Shown: piece after piece, positions 1-8,657 of the stretch
How positions within the stretch are numbered: position 1 is the stretch's first letter
How the letters are laid out: every line of letters starts with the position of its first letter
From: a virus
Lineage: Duplodnaviria > Caudoviricetes
Direction: 5' to 3' (one strand)
Length of the DNA: 24,217 nucleotides
IMG/VR virus record: IMGVR_UViG_3300032227_000608
Location: 1-24,217 of that record
The notes under the pieces: model-generated
Databases searched by the model: none
Seen by the model: only the letters and a program-made list of their open reading frames with translations
Told to the model about the DNA's origin: nothing
Program-made: the position numbers and the translations under genes

Positions 1-56
1 AACCGCGTACGACTACCGCGTAAAAGCGCCCGCAAAAGTCCGATAGGGGGTAGGTC

Positions 57-539
57 ATGGCCAGAACTGGACGGCCGGCGGTTCCTACGCAGCTAAAGAT
101 CCTCCGGGGCAATCCCGGTAAACGGAAGATTAAGACCGGCGAGCCGACTCCTCCTGAGTCTGGGGTCGAGATGCCGGAGTACTTGGGGCCGGTCGCGCGA
201 GCGAGATGGGCCGTCATGCTGCCGCTCCTGCAGGGCGTCCGTGTCATGACTAGGGCCGATGTGGAGGCTCTGGCCAGGTACTGTGACACCTACGAATGGT
301 GGCTTGCTACCCGTGCCAAACTGCGGGCGGATGGCGATACATACCCGATCCTCAATGACGCTGGCGACATCAAGTACATCGCTCAACGTCCAGAGGTGGC
401 TATCGCTCACAAGTTGGCAGCCCAACTGCATGCGCTTGAGGCTGACTTCGGTCTGACCCCGTCGTCGAGGACGAAACTTGCCACGCAAGTCGAAGTCAAA
501 AAAGACGAGCTCGAAGAGTTCTTTACCGCCCACGGGTGA
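57..539 (+). CDS. terS: Terminase small subunit, P27 family
   Basis: GRPxxPTxLKILRGNPGKR N-terminus, 'D..ALARYC' and C-terminal 'FGLTPSSR' motifs; directly upstream of TerL. Confidence 0.95.
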   Translation: MARTGRPAVPTQLKILRGNPGKRKIKTGEPTPPESGVEMPEYLGPVARARWAVMLPLLQGVRVMTRADVEALARYCDTYEWWLATRAKLRADGDTYPILNDAGDIKYIAQRPEVAIAHKLAAQLHALEADFGLTPSSRTKLATQVEVKKDELEEFFTAHG

Positions 540-2088
540 GAGTCGGCCCGGCGTCGACAAAGCCAAGGCCGAGCGGGTGTACTCGTTCTTTGAGAAGGTG
601 CTGAAGCACTCGAAAGGACAGACGGCCGGGCAGCCGTTCACGCTCCTGCCATGGCAGAAGTACGTGCTGGGTGAAATCTTTGGCCGGCTAAAGCCTGACG
701 GCACGCGGCAGTACCGCCAGGCGTACATCGAGATCCCAAAGAAGAACGGCAAGAGCACCCTGCTGGCCGGCATCAGCCTGTACGTGCTCCTGGCAGATGG
801 CGAGCCGGGGGCCGAGATCTACGGTGCGGCCAGCGACCGCGAGCAAGCCGGGATCATCTACCGAGAGGCGGCGTCAATGGTCCGCTCCTCACCGGCGCTG
901 AGCAAGGTGCTCGAGGTGGTGGACAGCCGCAAGAGCATCATTCACCGGGCGAGCAACTCGTTCTATCGGGTGCTCTCGGCGGATGCGTTCCGGGCCGAGG
1001 GGCTCAATGTGCATTGCCTGCTATTCGACGAGCTGCATGCCCAAAGAGGCGACCGGCGTTTATGGGATGCACTCCGCTACGGCGGCGCAGCCAGACGACA
1101 GCCGCTCTGCCCCATCTCAATCACGACGGCTGGCGAGTTCAACAAGTCACACCTGTGGTGGGAGCAGCACGACTACGCCGAGCGGTGCATCGCCGACCCG
1201 ACCTTTGACCCGAGCTTCTTTGGGTGCATCTACGCTGCCGACCGGGAAGATGACTGGCAGTCGCCCAAGGTCTGGCACAAAGCCAACCCGTCCCTCGGCG
1301 AGACGATCAGCGAGGAGTCTTTCGCAGCCGACTGTCGTGAGGCGGCCAACTCGGCAACGAAGCTCTCGTCGTTCCTGCGGTATCGGCTCAACGTGCCTAC
1401 CACCACCGATGTGAAGTGGGTGCGGCCCGACCAGATCGAGACGTGCATGGGTGGCCCGCCCGATCCGCTCGAGGGCCGGGAGTTCTGGGCCGGGCTGGAC
1501 CTGGCCAGCACGTTTGACACCTCAGCCTTTGTGGCGTGGTTCCCGGCCGACGACGGGCACGTCGATGTCTGCGCCCACTTCTGGATTCCAGGCGAGAACG
1601 CCGCCAGGCGTGAGCGAGAGGATCGGGTGCCCTACTCGCAGTGGGCACGCGACGGGTGGCTGACAATCACGGACGGCCGCAGCACCGACTACGGAGTCAT
1701 TCAGCGCGACATCATGGCGTTTTGTGAGAAGCACCGCTGTCGCGGGCTGGGCATCGACAGATGGAACGCCACCATGCTCGCCCAGCAGCTCGCAGGCGAG
1801 GGCTTGCCGGTGGTGATGTTCGGGCAAGGGTTCGCGTCGATGAGCTCGCCGACCAAGCGTCTCGAGGCGTTGTTAGTCGAGGGAAAACTGCGGCTTGCGG
1901 GAAACAGGCTGCTAGGCTGGCAACTAGGTAACGCGGCCGTGCAGATGGACGCCTCTAGTAACGTGAAGCTGTCCAAGGCCAAGAGCACCGAGCGGATTGA
2001 CGGGGCGGTGGCGTTGGCCATGGCATGCGGCATCCACATGGGCGAGCAGCAGAAGCCGACCGAGATGCCGGAAATCTCCTTCTGGTGA
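478..2088 (+). CDS. terL: Terminase large subunit (start uncertain; the TTG at 478 overlaps terS)
   Basis: Walker A 'IPKKNGKST', Walker B 'LLFDELH', 'ITTAG' coupling motif, nuclease motifs 'GLDLAS' and 'RIDGAVA'. Confidence 0.97.
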   Translation: MPRKSKSKKTSSKSSLPPTGESRPGVDKAKAERVYSFFEKVLKHSKGQTAGQPFTLLPWQKYVLGEIFGRLKPDGTRQYRQAYIEIPKKNGKSTLLAGISLYVLLADGEPGAEIYGAASDREQAGIIYREAASMVRSSPALSKVLEVVDSRKSIIHRASNSFYRVLSADAFRAEGLNVHCLLFDELHAQRGDRRLWDALRYGGAARRQPLCPISITTAGEFNKSHLWWEQHDYAERCIADPTFDPSFFGCIYAADREDDWQSPKVWHKANPSLGETISEESFAADCREAANSATKLSSFLRYRLNVPTTTDVKWVRPDQIETCMGGPPDPLEGREFWAGLDLASTFDTSAFVAWFPADDGHVDVCAHFWIPGENAARREREDRVPYSQWARDGWLTITDGRSTDYGVIQRDIMAFCEKHRCRGLGIDRWNATMLAQQLAGEGLPVVMFGQGFASMSSPTKRLEALLVEGKLRLAGNRLLGWQLGNAAVQMDASSNVKLSKAKSTERIDGAVALAMACGIHMGEQQKPTEMPEISFW

Positions 2089-2092
2089 GGCT

Positions 2093-3331
2093 ATGAGCAC
2101 AGAGACCGCCGTCCCTGAAATCAAGTGGCTCGAGGAGCGGACGAGCCGCTGGGACGATCTGGTGATGCTCGCCGGGGACCAGGGCGTGCGAGTCACGCCT
2201 GAGACGGCGATGAAGACGAGCATCTGGTTTGCCTGTGCTCGCGTGATCGCCGAGACCGTCGCCAGCCTGCCGCTGCACCTGTACCGCCGGATCGACGACG
2301 AGCGGGTTGAGCGGGCCCGCAACCTGCCGCTGTACCGCGTGCTGGCCAAGCGGCCAAACTCGTGGCAGACACGCTACGAGTGGGTAGAGGGCATGTGCCT
2401 GCACCTGGGCTTCTACGGGTCGGCTTACAACCTCAAGGTGCCCGGTGCGGCCGGCAGCGTGACCGAGCTGCACCCGCTGCACCCGTCTGGCATGGAGGTG
2501 AGGCAGGAAGACGACAAGACGCTGACGTACCTGTACCGCGTGCCGGGCACTGGCCGCCAGGTGGTCTACCGCGACGACCAGATCATGCACGTGCGGTGGC
2601 TGTCGTTCGACGGCATTAACGGTGCAGTGCCCGTGGATCTCGGCAAGGACGCCATTAGCCTGGCCCGGTCGCTCGAGCAGTACGCCGCCACGTTCTACCG
2701 CAACAACGCTCAGCCGGGCGTGGTGCTGCACACCGAGCAGGCCCTGCCACGCGAGGTCCGCGAGCAGCTGCGTGAGCAGTGGAACAACCGGCACCGTGGC
2801 CCGTCTCGGGCCGGCGAGGTGGCGGTGCTCAGCAACGGGCTCAAGGTCGATACCGTCAGTGCGACCAACCAAGAGAGCCAACTGGCCGAGCTCTGGATGC
2901 AGGCGCTGCTGGCCGTGTGCCGGATCTGGAAGATGCCGCCGCACATGGTGCAGGAGTTGGGCCGGGCCACGTGGGGTAACCTTGCGAGCGAGATGGTGAG
3001 CTTCGAGAAGTTCACCATCCAGCCGTGGCTGCGTCGGATTGAGGGTGCCATCGAGCGGGACATCATCGGCGACGACGACGAGCTGTACGCTGAGTTCTTG
3101 GTTGAGGGCTTGCTGCGTAGCGACATCACGACCCGCTACCAGGCGTACGAGGTTGCCGTTCGGAATGGCTGGATGACGCCAGATGAAGTGCGGCAGAAGG
3201 AGAACCTCGGGCCGATGCCGGAGGACGAGACGCCGCCAGCGCCTGACGCTCAGCCGGCAGCCCAGCCTGCCGACGTCGCTCCTGCTGATCAGCCGGCAGA
3301 CGATCAGGGGGACATTCCAAATGGCGGTTGA
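2093..3331 (+). CDS. HK97-family portal protein (412 aa)
   Basis: 'ACARVIAETVASLPL', 'RPN', 'IMHVR', 'NGWMTPDEVRQKENLGP' motifs. ATG at 2093 follows a GAGG RBS, so the ORF-track start at 1997 is too early. Confidence 0.96.
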   Translation: MSTETAVPEIKWLEERTSRWDDLVMLAGDQGVRVTPETAMKTSIWFACARVIAETVASLPLHLYRRIDDERVERARNLPLYRVLAKRPNSWQTRYEWVEGMCLHLGFYGSAYNLKVPGAAGSVTELHPLHPSGMEVRQEDDKTLTYLYRVPGTGRQVVYRDDQIMHVRWLSFDGINGAVPVDLGKDAISLARSLEQYAATFYRNNAQPGVVLHTEQALPREVREQLREQWNNRHRGPSRAGEVAVLSNGLKVDTVSATNQESQLAELWMQALLAVCRIWKMPPHMVQELGRATWGNLASEMVSFEKFTIQPWLRRIEGAIERDIIGDDDELYAEFLVEGLLRSDITTRYQAYEVAVRNGWMTPDEVRQKENLGPMPEDETPPAPDAQPAAQPADVAPADQPADDQGDIPNGG

Positions 3332-4925
3332 CCTCAAGCCAACTGCTGGCATGGCAGAGGCGGCCCGTACCGGGCTGCGGCTGCACAACGAAGGCAAGAG
3401 CGGCGACGGGCTCAAGCCCGAGACCGTCCGGCGTGCCAACATCATCGCTGCCCGCCAGGATCTCACCGAGGACCACGTCCGAGAGATGAATGCGTGGTTC
3501 GCCCGGCACGAGTCCGACCGGCGGCCCGACTGGAACAAGCAAGGCGAGGAAACGCCGGGCTTCGTGGCGTGGATGCTGTGGTCCGGTGACGCTGGGCAGC
3601 AGTGGTCTGCCAGGAAGGTCGAACAACTAGACCGCGAAGACGACAGGAGCAATGCCATGGAAGGCATGATTGAAAAGCGTGACGTGTCCTTTGACGCTGA
3701 TGACGAGATCGTCGTTGAGACGAGGTCGAACGGCCGCGAGGTCATTCGCGGGCTGGCGATTCCCTACAACCGCCTCAGCGTCGACCTTGGGGGATTCCGC
3801 GAGCGGATTATGCCCGGTGCGTTCGACAAGATCCTGAGCCGCCAGCGAGGCAAGGGCGAGATCGTGTCGTATTTCAACCACGACCCAAACTGGCTGCTCG
3901 GCCGCGAGTCTGCCGGCACGCTCGAGATCAGCGTGGATGATCGCGGCATCAGCTACGTCGTGGAGCCGCCAGACACGCAGGCGGGGCGTGACGTTCTTGC
4001 GCTCGTGCGTTCAAAGAATCTGCGTGGCAGCAGCTTCTCGTTCACGGTCTCGCAGCGCGGCGGCGAGCGGTTCACTACGGACGAGACAGGCAAGGCGATC
4101 CGAGAGGTCGTGGAAGCCGCTGGACTTTTTGAGCTGGGACCAGTGGTGCAGCCGGCGTACCCGTCTACGTCTGCTGCGGTGGCCATGAGGTCGTACCAGG
4201 CATGGCTGGAAGAGCAGCGATGTGGGTGCGAGAAGATTGACGGCGTGGCTGAGCAAGCCCGCAAGCAGCAAAGTCAGTTTGCAATGAATGCCGCTATTCG
4301 GCTGACTGCGGCTCGGCTCAAGTCGTATCTGAGAAACTGCGGCACAGGCAGTGGCGGATTCACAGCAGGCAATACGTGTGGCAAGGGTGGCGGGTCTGGC
4401 GACCCGGGGTCTGGTGATTCGGGTGGTTCGGGCGGAGGAACTGCAGGCGGCGCTGTGTCAGACGGGCCTTCGGGTGGTGGGACTGATGGCAAGCCAGACC
4501 AAAGCAAGTCGAGCGTGAAGCGCAAAGAGCGCTATTTGGACCGCATCGAAGGAACGCAAAAAGAAGCTGACCGAGAGGTCAAGAAAGCAAACGACAAACT
4601 TGCCAAGCTGCAGAAAAAGATGGCTGAAGTAAAAAGCAAGCTCGCTGCACCATCAAAGCTTGACGCTGCAAAACAAAAGCTTGCAGCCGCTGAATCAAAG
4701 TTAAAGGCTGCGTCGGCAAAGAAGTCAGAACTGACGCAAAAACTGGACGCGAGCAAGGCCCGCATTGCAGAGCTCAAGGCCAGGCTGGATGCGATGAAAA
4801 AGAGATCGGCTGCCGACGAGCTGGACGATGAGCTGGTCAAGGCTCTTGATGAGGCCGATAGCCTGCGTCGGCAGATTGTCGACCTCAATGATGTCCTTGA
4901 CGGCATCGCATCGGACTTGAACTAG
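3321..4925 (+). CDS. HK97-type prohead protease with an extra ~112-aa N-terminal domain and a ~196-aa C-terminal Gly-rich plus coiled-coil extension
   Basis: Core motifs 'GFRERIMPGAF', 'FNHD', 'LGR', 'GSSFSF', 'ELGPVVQPAY'; lies between portal and capsid; ATG at 3321 overlaps the portal end. Confidence 0.92.
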   Translation: MAVDLKPTAGMAEAARTGLRLHNEGKSGDGLKPETVRRANIIAARQDLTEDHVREMNAWFARHESDRRPDWNKQGEETPGFVAWMLWSGDAGQQWSARKVEQLDREDDRSNAMEGMIEKRDVSFDADDEIVVETRSNGREVIRGLAIPYNRLSVDLGGFRERIMPGAFDKILSRQRGKGEIVSYFNHDPNWLLGRESAGTLEISVDDRGISYVVEPPDTQAGRDVLALVRSKNLRGSSFSFTVSQRGGERFTTDETGKAIREVVEAAGLFELGPVVQPAYPSTSAAVAMRSYQAWLEEQRCGCEKIDGVAEQARKQQSQFAMNAAIRLTAARLKSYLRNCGTGSGGFTAGNTCGKGGGSGDPGSGDSGGSGGGTAGGAVSDGPSGGGTDGKPDQSKSSVKRKERYLDRIEGTQKEADREVKKANDKLAKLQKKMAEVKSKLAAPSKLDAAKQKLAAAESKLKAASAKKSELTQKLDASKARIAELKARLDAMKKRSAADELDDELVKALDEADSLRRQIVDLNDVLDGIASDLN

Positions 4926-4936
4926 GAGCTTCATGC

Positions 4937-5125
4937 GTGGCAAAGCCCGGTGATCCCTGCCCCAAATGCGGGAAGGGACGCATCCGTACACGCTCCAGTC
5001 ACCCACTCGACGAACAGCGTCAGGTGCGGTATTTGGAGTGCCAAGCGTGCGAGTACAAGTCAAAGGCCATCGTGCCTGCGCTGACTGTGTGGCGTCGGTC
5101 TTTTGTACCGTACAAACAACCTTGA
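4937..5125 (+). CDS. Ogr/Delta-like zinc-finger protein (putative late transcription activator)
   Basis: CPKCG..RIRTRSS...RYLECQAC spacing resembles Ogr/Delta; AGGAG RBS at 4924-4928. Confidence 0.7.
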   Translation: MAKPGDPCPKCGKGRIRTRSSHPLDEQRQVRYLECQACEYKSKAIVPALTVWRRSFVPYKQP

Positions 5126-5197
5126 TGGCTTAGCGGCCTGCATGCCTTAGCGTGAGTGACAGACACGGATCTGTCACCCGATAAGGGAGTGCCAAGG

Positions 5198-6481
5198 ATG
5201 GCCGCCTCGCTCAACAAGCTCCAAGACCGTGCAGCCGCTGTGGCTGCCATGCTCGACGACCTGTCCAAGGTCGAGGATCGCACCGAAGGCCAGGTGGCCG
5301 ACGTCGAGAAGCTGACCGCCGAGGCGGCCGAGCTCGAGCAGCGGCTCGCCCAGGAAACCGCCATCGCCGAGAAGATCGCCAGCCTTCGTGGCAAGGTTGC
5401 CGCGACCGCGAAGCCGGTGGCCGTCGAGGCCGAGGCTCCTGTCTCCCGCAAGGTGCCGCACGTCGGCCGGATCCGTGGCTTCGCGTCCGCTGACGACGCC
5501 GAGGTCTGCGGTCGCTGGATTCGCGGTTTCCTGCTCAACCGCACCGAGGATCGTGCGTGGTACGAGCGGAACGTCGAGAGCCGGGCGCTGTCGAGCAACG
5601 ACAACGCCAAGGGTGCGGTGTTCATCCCCGAGACCTTTGCCTCGACCGTGATCCGTCTGGTCGACCAGTACACGGCGATCCCCCAGCAGGCCAACGTCAT
5701 CCCGATGTCGAGCAACACGCTCTACATCCCGCGTCGGACTGGCGGCAACACGGCCTACTTCGTGAACGACAACACCGAAACGACCGCCAGCGACATGGCG
5801 ACCGACAACGTGCTGCTGTCCACGAAGGACTGCCGCGTGGCGACCCGCGTGCCCAACAGCCTGATCGAAGACTCGGTCATCGACCTGGCTGGCCTTGTGG
5901 CTCAGGAGTTCGCCCTGGCCCTCAGCCGCAAGATCGACGACGCCGGCTTCGCTGGTGACGGCACCTCAACGCACGGCGGCATTCGTGGCATCCAGTGGCG
6001 GTTCGAGAACGAGACGCTGGCCGGCGAGAACGACTCCGGCGAGAGCTCGCTGTCGGCACTGACCATCGACGACTTCGTCGAGACGGTCGGCAAGCTGCCC
6101 AGCTATGTCCGGCCCACTGCGGCATGGTACGTCACCCCGCAGGTCTACAGCACCTGCATGCTGCCCTTGATGCTCGAGAAGGGTCTTTCTGCTGCCGAGA
6201 TCGCTGGCGGCGTCAGCGAGGGTCGGTTCCTAGGCTACCCGGTCTACTTCAACAACAGCATGCGGACGGCCCCGACGAGCGACCAGGTGATTGCCATGTT
6301 CGGCGACATGAAGATGTCGACGCACTTCGGCCTGCGGTCGCAGATCGCCGTGCGTGCCTCGACCGATCGCTACATCGAGTTCGATCAGACCTACTTCGTG
6401 GCGTCTGTCCGGTTTGACGTGGTCACCTCTGACATCGGCGACGCGACAAACGCCGGCCCCGTTGTCTCGCTGCGGCTCTGA
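5198..6481 (+). CDS. HK97-fold major capsid protein with N-terminal delta (scaffold) domain
   Basis: Coiled-coil N-terminus, 'ESRAL' putative maturation site, 'GAVFIPE', 'SLIEDS', 'GDGT', 'FLGYPV', 'FGD' motifs; RBS AAGGGAG. Confidence 0.96.
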   Translation: MAASLNKLQDRAAAVAAMLDDLSKVEDRTEGQVADVEKLTAEAAELEQRLAQETAIAEKIASLRGKVAATAKPVAVEAEAPVSRKVPHVGRIRGFASADDAEVCGRWIRGFLLNRTEDRAWYERNVESRALSSNDNAKGAVFIPETFASTVIRLVDQYTAIPQQANVIPMSSNTLYIPRRTGGNTAYFVNDNTETTASDMATDNVLLSTKDCRVATRVPNSLIEDSVIDLAGLVAQEFALALSRKIDDAGFAGDGTSTHGGIRGIQWRFENETLAGENDSGESSLSALTIDDFVETVGKLPSYVRPTAAWYVTPQVYSTCMLPLMLEKGLSAAEIAGGVSEGRFLGYPVYFNNSMRTAPTSDQVIAMFGDMKMSTHFGLRSQIAVRASTDRYIEFDQTYFVASVRFDVVTSDIGDATNAGPVVSLRL

Positions 6482-6514
6482 CACACTGATTGATTTCCAA
6501 GGAGAGACCCTGAC

Positions 6515-6970
6515 ATGCACCCCGTTGCAAACAGCAAGAGTGTTGTGAGCCTGTCTGCCGCCGCTGGCGTTGCCTCCAACGGCACGCACACGGTCGCCAT
6601 CGACTGCCTTGGCTTCGACCAGGTCAGCATCGACGTCGGTTACCGGTCGATTGCCCACACCTCGGCCCCGAGCGTGGTGACGGTGCAGCACAGCGACACG
6701 GACGGCTCCTACACCACGATCAGCGGTCTGGTGCAGGGAACCGACTACACGCTTGCTGGCGTGGCCAACACGGCCACGGTGAACGTCACGCGGTTCAACT
6801 TCTCGACCAAGGATCTGCGGCGGTATGTGCAGGTGTCTGTGACGCCCAGTGCGTCGGCCACTGCGAATGCCAGCAACAACACGATCGTGGTGGCAGCCCG
6901 GCTCGGCAAGGGCGAGAAGGGCTGCGTGAATGCGACCGACGCGAACGTCACGACGTTCGTGACGAAGTGA
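6515..6970 (+). CDS. Putative capsid-associated/decoration protein
   Basis: Beta-rich Ser/Thr/Ala/Val protein right after the capsid gene; 'IDCLGFD', 'VQHSD', 'RRYVQV' pattern; strong AAGGAG RBS. Confidence 0.6.
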   Translation: MHPVANSKSVVSLSAAAGVASNGTHTVAIDCLGFDQVSIDVGYRSIAHTSAPSVVTVQHSDTDGSYTTISGLVQGTDYTLAGVANTATVNVTRFNFSTKDLRRYVQVSVTPSASATANASNNTIVVAARLGKGEKGCVNATDANVTTFVTK

Positions 6971-7012
6971 TCACTGGCTGATTGACGACTACTCCAACCA
7001 GAGGAGGATGCC

Positions 7013-7780
7013 GTGGGCGCGGCGTCACCTGTGGCGGGCGTGAAGCCTGCCGTGCTTGACACTGGCTCAGGGCCAGTGCGTGTCATGTGTGCCATGTCCG
7101 TGCCTCGGCTCGGATGGCAGGATCACATGTTCTGCTGGCCTCGTGGCCTCATCCCGTACGGCATCTCGCCGGTACGCTTAGAAGGGGCATTTTGGGGTCA
7201 ATGTTTGGAACGTGTTCTTACAGACATGGGCGAGCTTGACGACGATCCGAAGGAGCCACCGCTGTGGATCCTGACCCTCGACTACGACACGATCTTTGAG
7301 GCAGACGCGGTTCCCCGCCTGCTGCAGTACGCCACGGCCAGTGACTACGACGTGGTAGCGGCGTTGCAGATGAAACGCCGCACTGACGAGCCGCTGTTCA
7401 CGATGGCGGCGACCAACGGCGAGCGGATGGCCGAGGCCCCACGCGACTGGTTCATCCTGCACAACATCGTCAAAGCCAACACGGCCCACTTCGGATTCAC
7501 GATGATTAGGGCAGCGGCACTCAAGCGGATGCCGCATCCGTGGTTTTTGGGAAAGCCCGACAAAGAAGGCAAGTGGGGTCCAGAGCGGATCGACGACGAC
7601 ATTCACTTCTGGCAGGTGGCCGAGAAGGCTGGCGTGAAGGCAGGCGTCTGCACGCGGGTGTGCATCGGACATGCCGAGGTGCAGTTCAAGTGGCCCGACC
7701 AGAACATGCGTGGGCTGGTTCAGCACCCTGGTGATTTCTGGGACCGTGGCGGCAAACCGCCGGAAAAGGTGTGGCAATGA
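7013..7780 (+). CDS. GT-A fold (GT2-like) glycosyltransferase
   Basis: DxD motif in 'ILTLDYDTIF', 'HFGFTMIR', 'PWF', catalytic-region 'DDDIHFW' and 'IGH'; RBS GAGGAGG. Confidence 0.75.
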   Translation: MGAASPVAGVKPAVLDTGSGPVRVMCAMSVPRLGWQDHMFCWPRGLIPYGISPVRLEGAFWGQCLERVLTDMGELDDDPKEPPLWILTLDYDTIFEADAVPRLLQYATASDYDVVAALQMKRRTDEPLFTMAATNGERMAEAPRDWFILHNIVKANTAHFGFTMIRAAALKRMPHPWFLGKPDKEGKWGPERIDDDIHFWQVAEKAGVKAGVCTRVCIGHAEVQFKWPDQNMRGLVQHPGDFWDRGGKPPEKVWQ

Positions 7781-8007
7781 TTGAGACGGCACAAGTGCGA
7801 TTCCGCCGGCCCTACGGGGCGTACAAGACGGGCCGCGTCTACACCTTCGCAAAGGGCGTGGCCCGCTCGCTCGAGCTCTTCGGCAAGGCCGACATTGTGC
7901 GTGAGCCGGTCATTGAGTTCGCCACTGCCCCGCAGCCCGAGCAGCTGGAGCGTGCCGTAGCACCGGTCGCCAAGGCTCTTCGAGGCCGCAGAAAGAAAGC
8001 CCAATGA
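7777..8007 (+). CDS. Small hypothetical head-region protein (76 aa, basic C-terminus)
   Basis: ATGA overlaps with both neighbouring genes (translational coupling). Confidence 0.7.
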   Translation: MIETAQVRFRRPYGAYKTGRVYTFAKGVARSLELFGKADIVREPVIEFATAPQPEQLERAVAPVAKALRGRRKKAQ

Positions 8008-8657
8008 GCCTGTTCTACCGGGGCACGATTGCGAGCCAGTACCGCAGCCTGGTGGTCAGCACCGCCAGCGGCACCGGTGACCGTCCGGTCAGCGTGGCCG
8101 ACGCCAAGGCTCACCTGCGGGTTGTGGATACGACCGAGGACGATGACTACATCGGGGCGCTGATCGACGCGGCGACCGCCTGGTGCGAGGACTACTGCGA
8201 CCGCACCTTTGCCGACAAGACGTACACCGTGGCGTTCGATGACTTTTTCGGGACCCGCATTGAGCTTCCGCGCCCGCCAGTGCGATTGAACGCGACTGCC
8301 GCGAGCGCCACGGTGACTATCTCGTATGTCGACACGGGCGGTGCCACGCAGACGCTGACGTGGGCTCAGTCTGGCACGCAGCAGTTCCGGCTGGATCGGG
8401 ACCACGTGCCGGCGTTGATTTACCCCACGTACTTAAACGTGTGGCCGAGCGTGCGGGTGGATGACAAGAGCTTGCAGATCACGTACTTGGCTGGCTACGG
8501 CGGGGCGGCCAACGTGCCCAAGCCGGCTGTACACGCGATCAAGATGCTGGTCGGCCACTGGTACGCCAACCGTGAAGCGGTAGGGAACGTGGGCGACAAT
8601 GTGCCGATGGGTGTGGCGGCGCTGCTCGAGCCTCTCAAGTGGAAGCAGTACACATGA
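8004..8657 (+). CDS. Head-tail connector (HK97 gp6 / phiE125 gp8-like adaptor)
   Basis: 'PVSVADAKAHLRV...DDDYIGALIDAA' and 'AIKMLVGHWYANRE' motifs. Confidence 0.93.
   Translation: MSLFYRGTIASQYRSLVVSTASGTGDRPVSVADAKAHLRVVDTTEDDDYIGALIDAATAWCEDYCDRTFADKTYTVAFDDFFGTRIELPRPPVRLNATAASATVTISYVDTGGATQTLTWAQSGTQQFRLDRDHVPALIYPTYLNVWPSVRVDDKSLQITYLAGYGGAANVPKPAVHAIKMLVGHWYANREAVGNVGDNVPMGVAALLEPLKWKQYT

Noticed and set aside
498-504. A_AAA_AAG heptamer in the terS/terL overlap as a TerS-TerL frameshift
   Set aside because: TerL is +1 relative to TerS and the heptamer is phased in the TerL frame, so a -1 shift would not fuse them.
3230-3305. Repetitive PAAQPAD-like tail of the portal
   Set aside because: Ordinary low-complexity disordered portal C-terminus.
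1955-3745. 596-aa minus-strand ORF and many other long antisense or alternate-frame ORFs
   Set aside because: Shadow ORFs expected opposite high-GC genes; they have no motifs and fully overlap confident genes.
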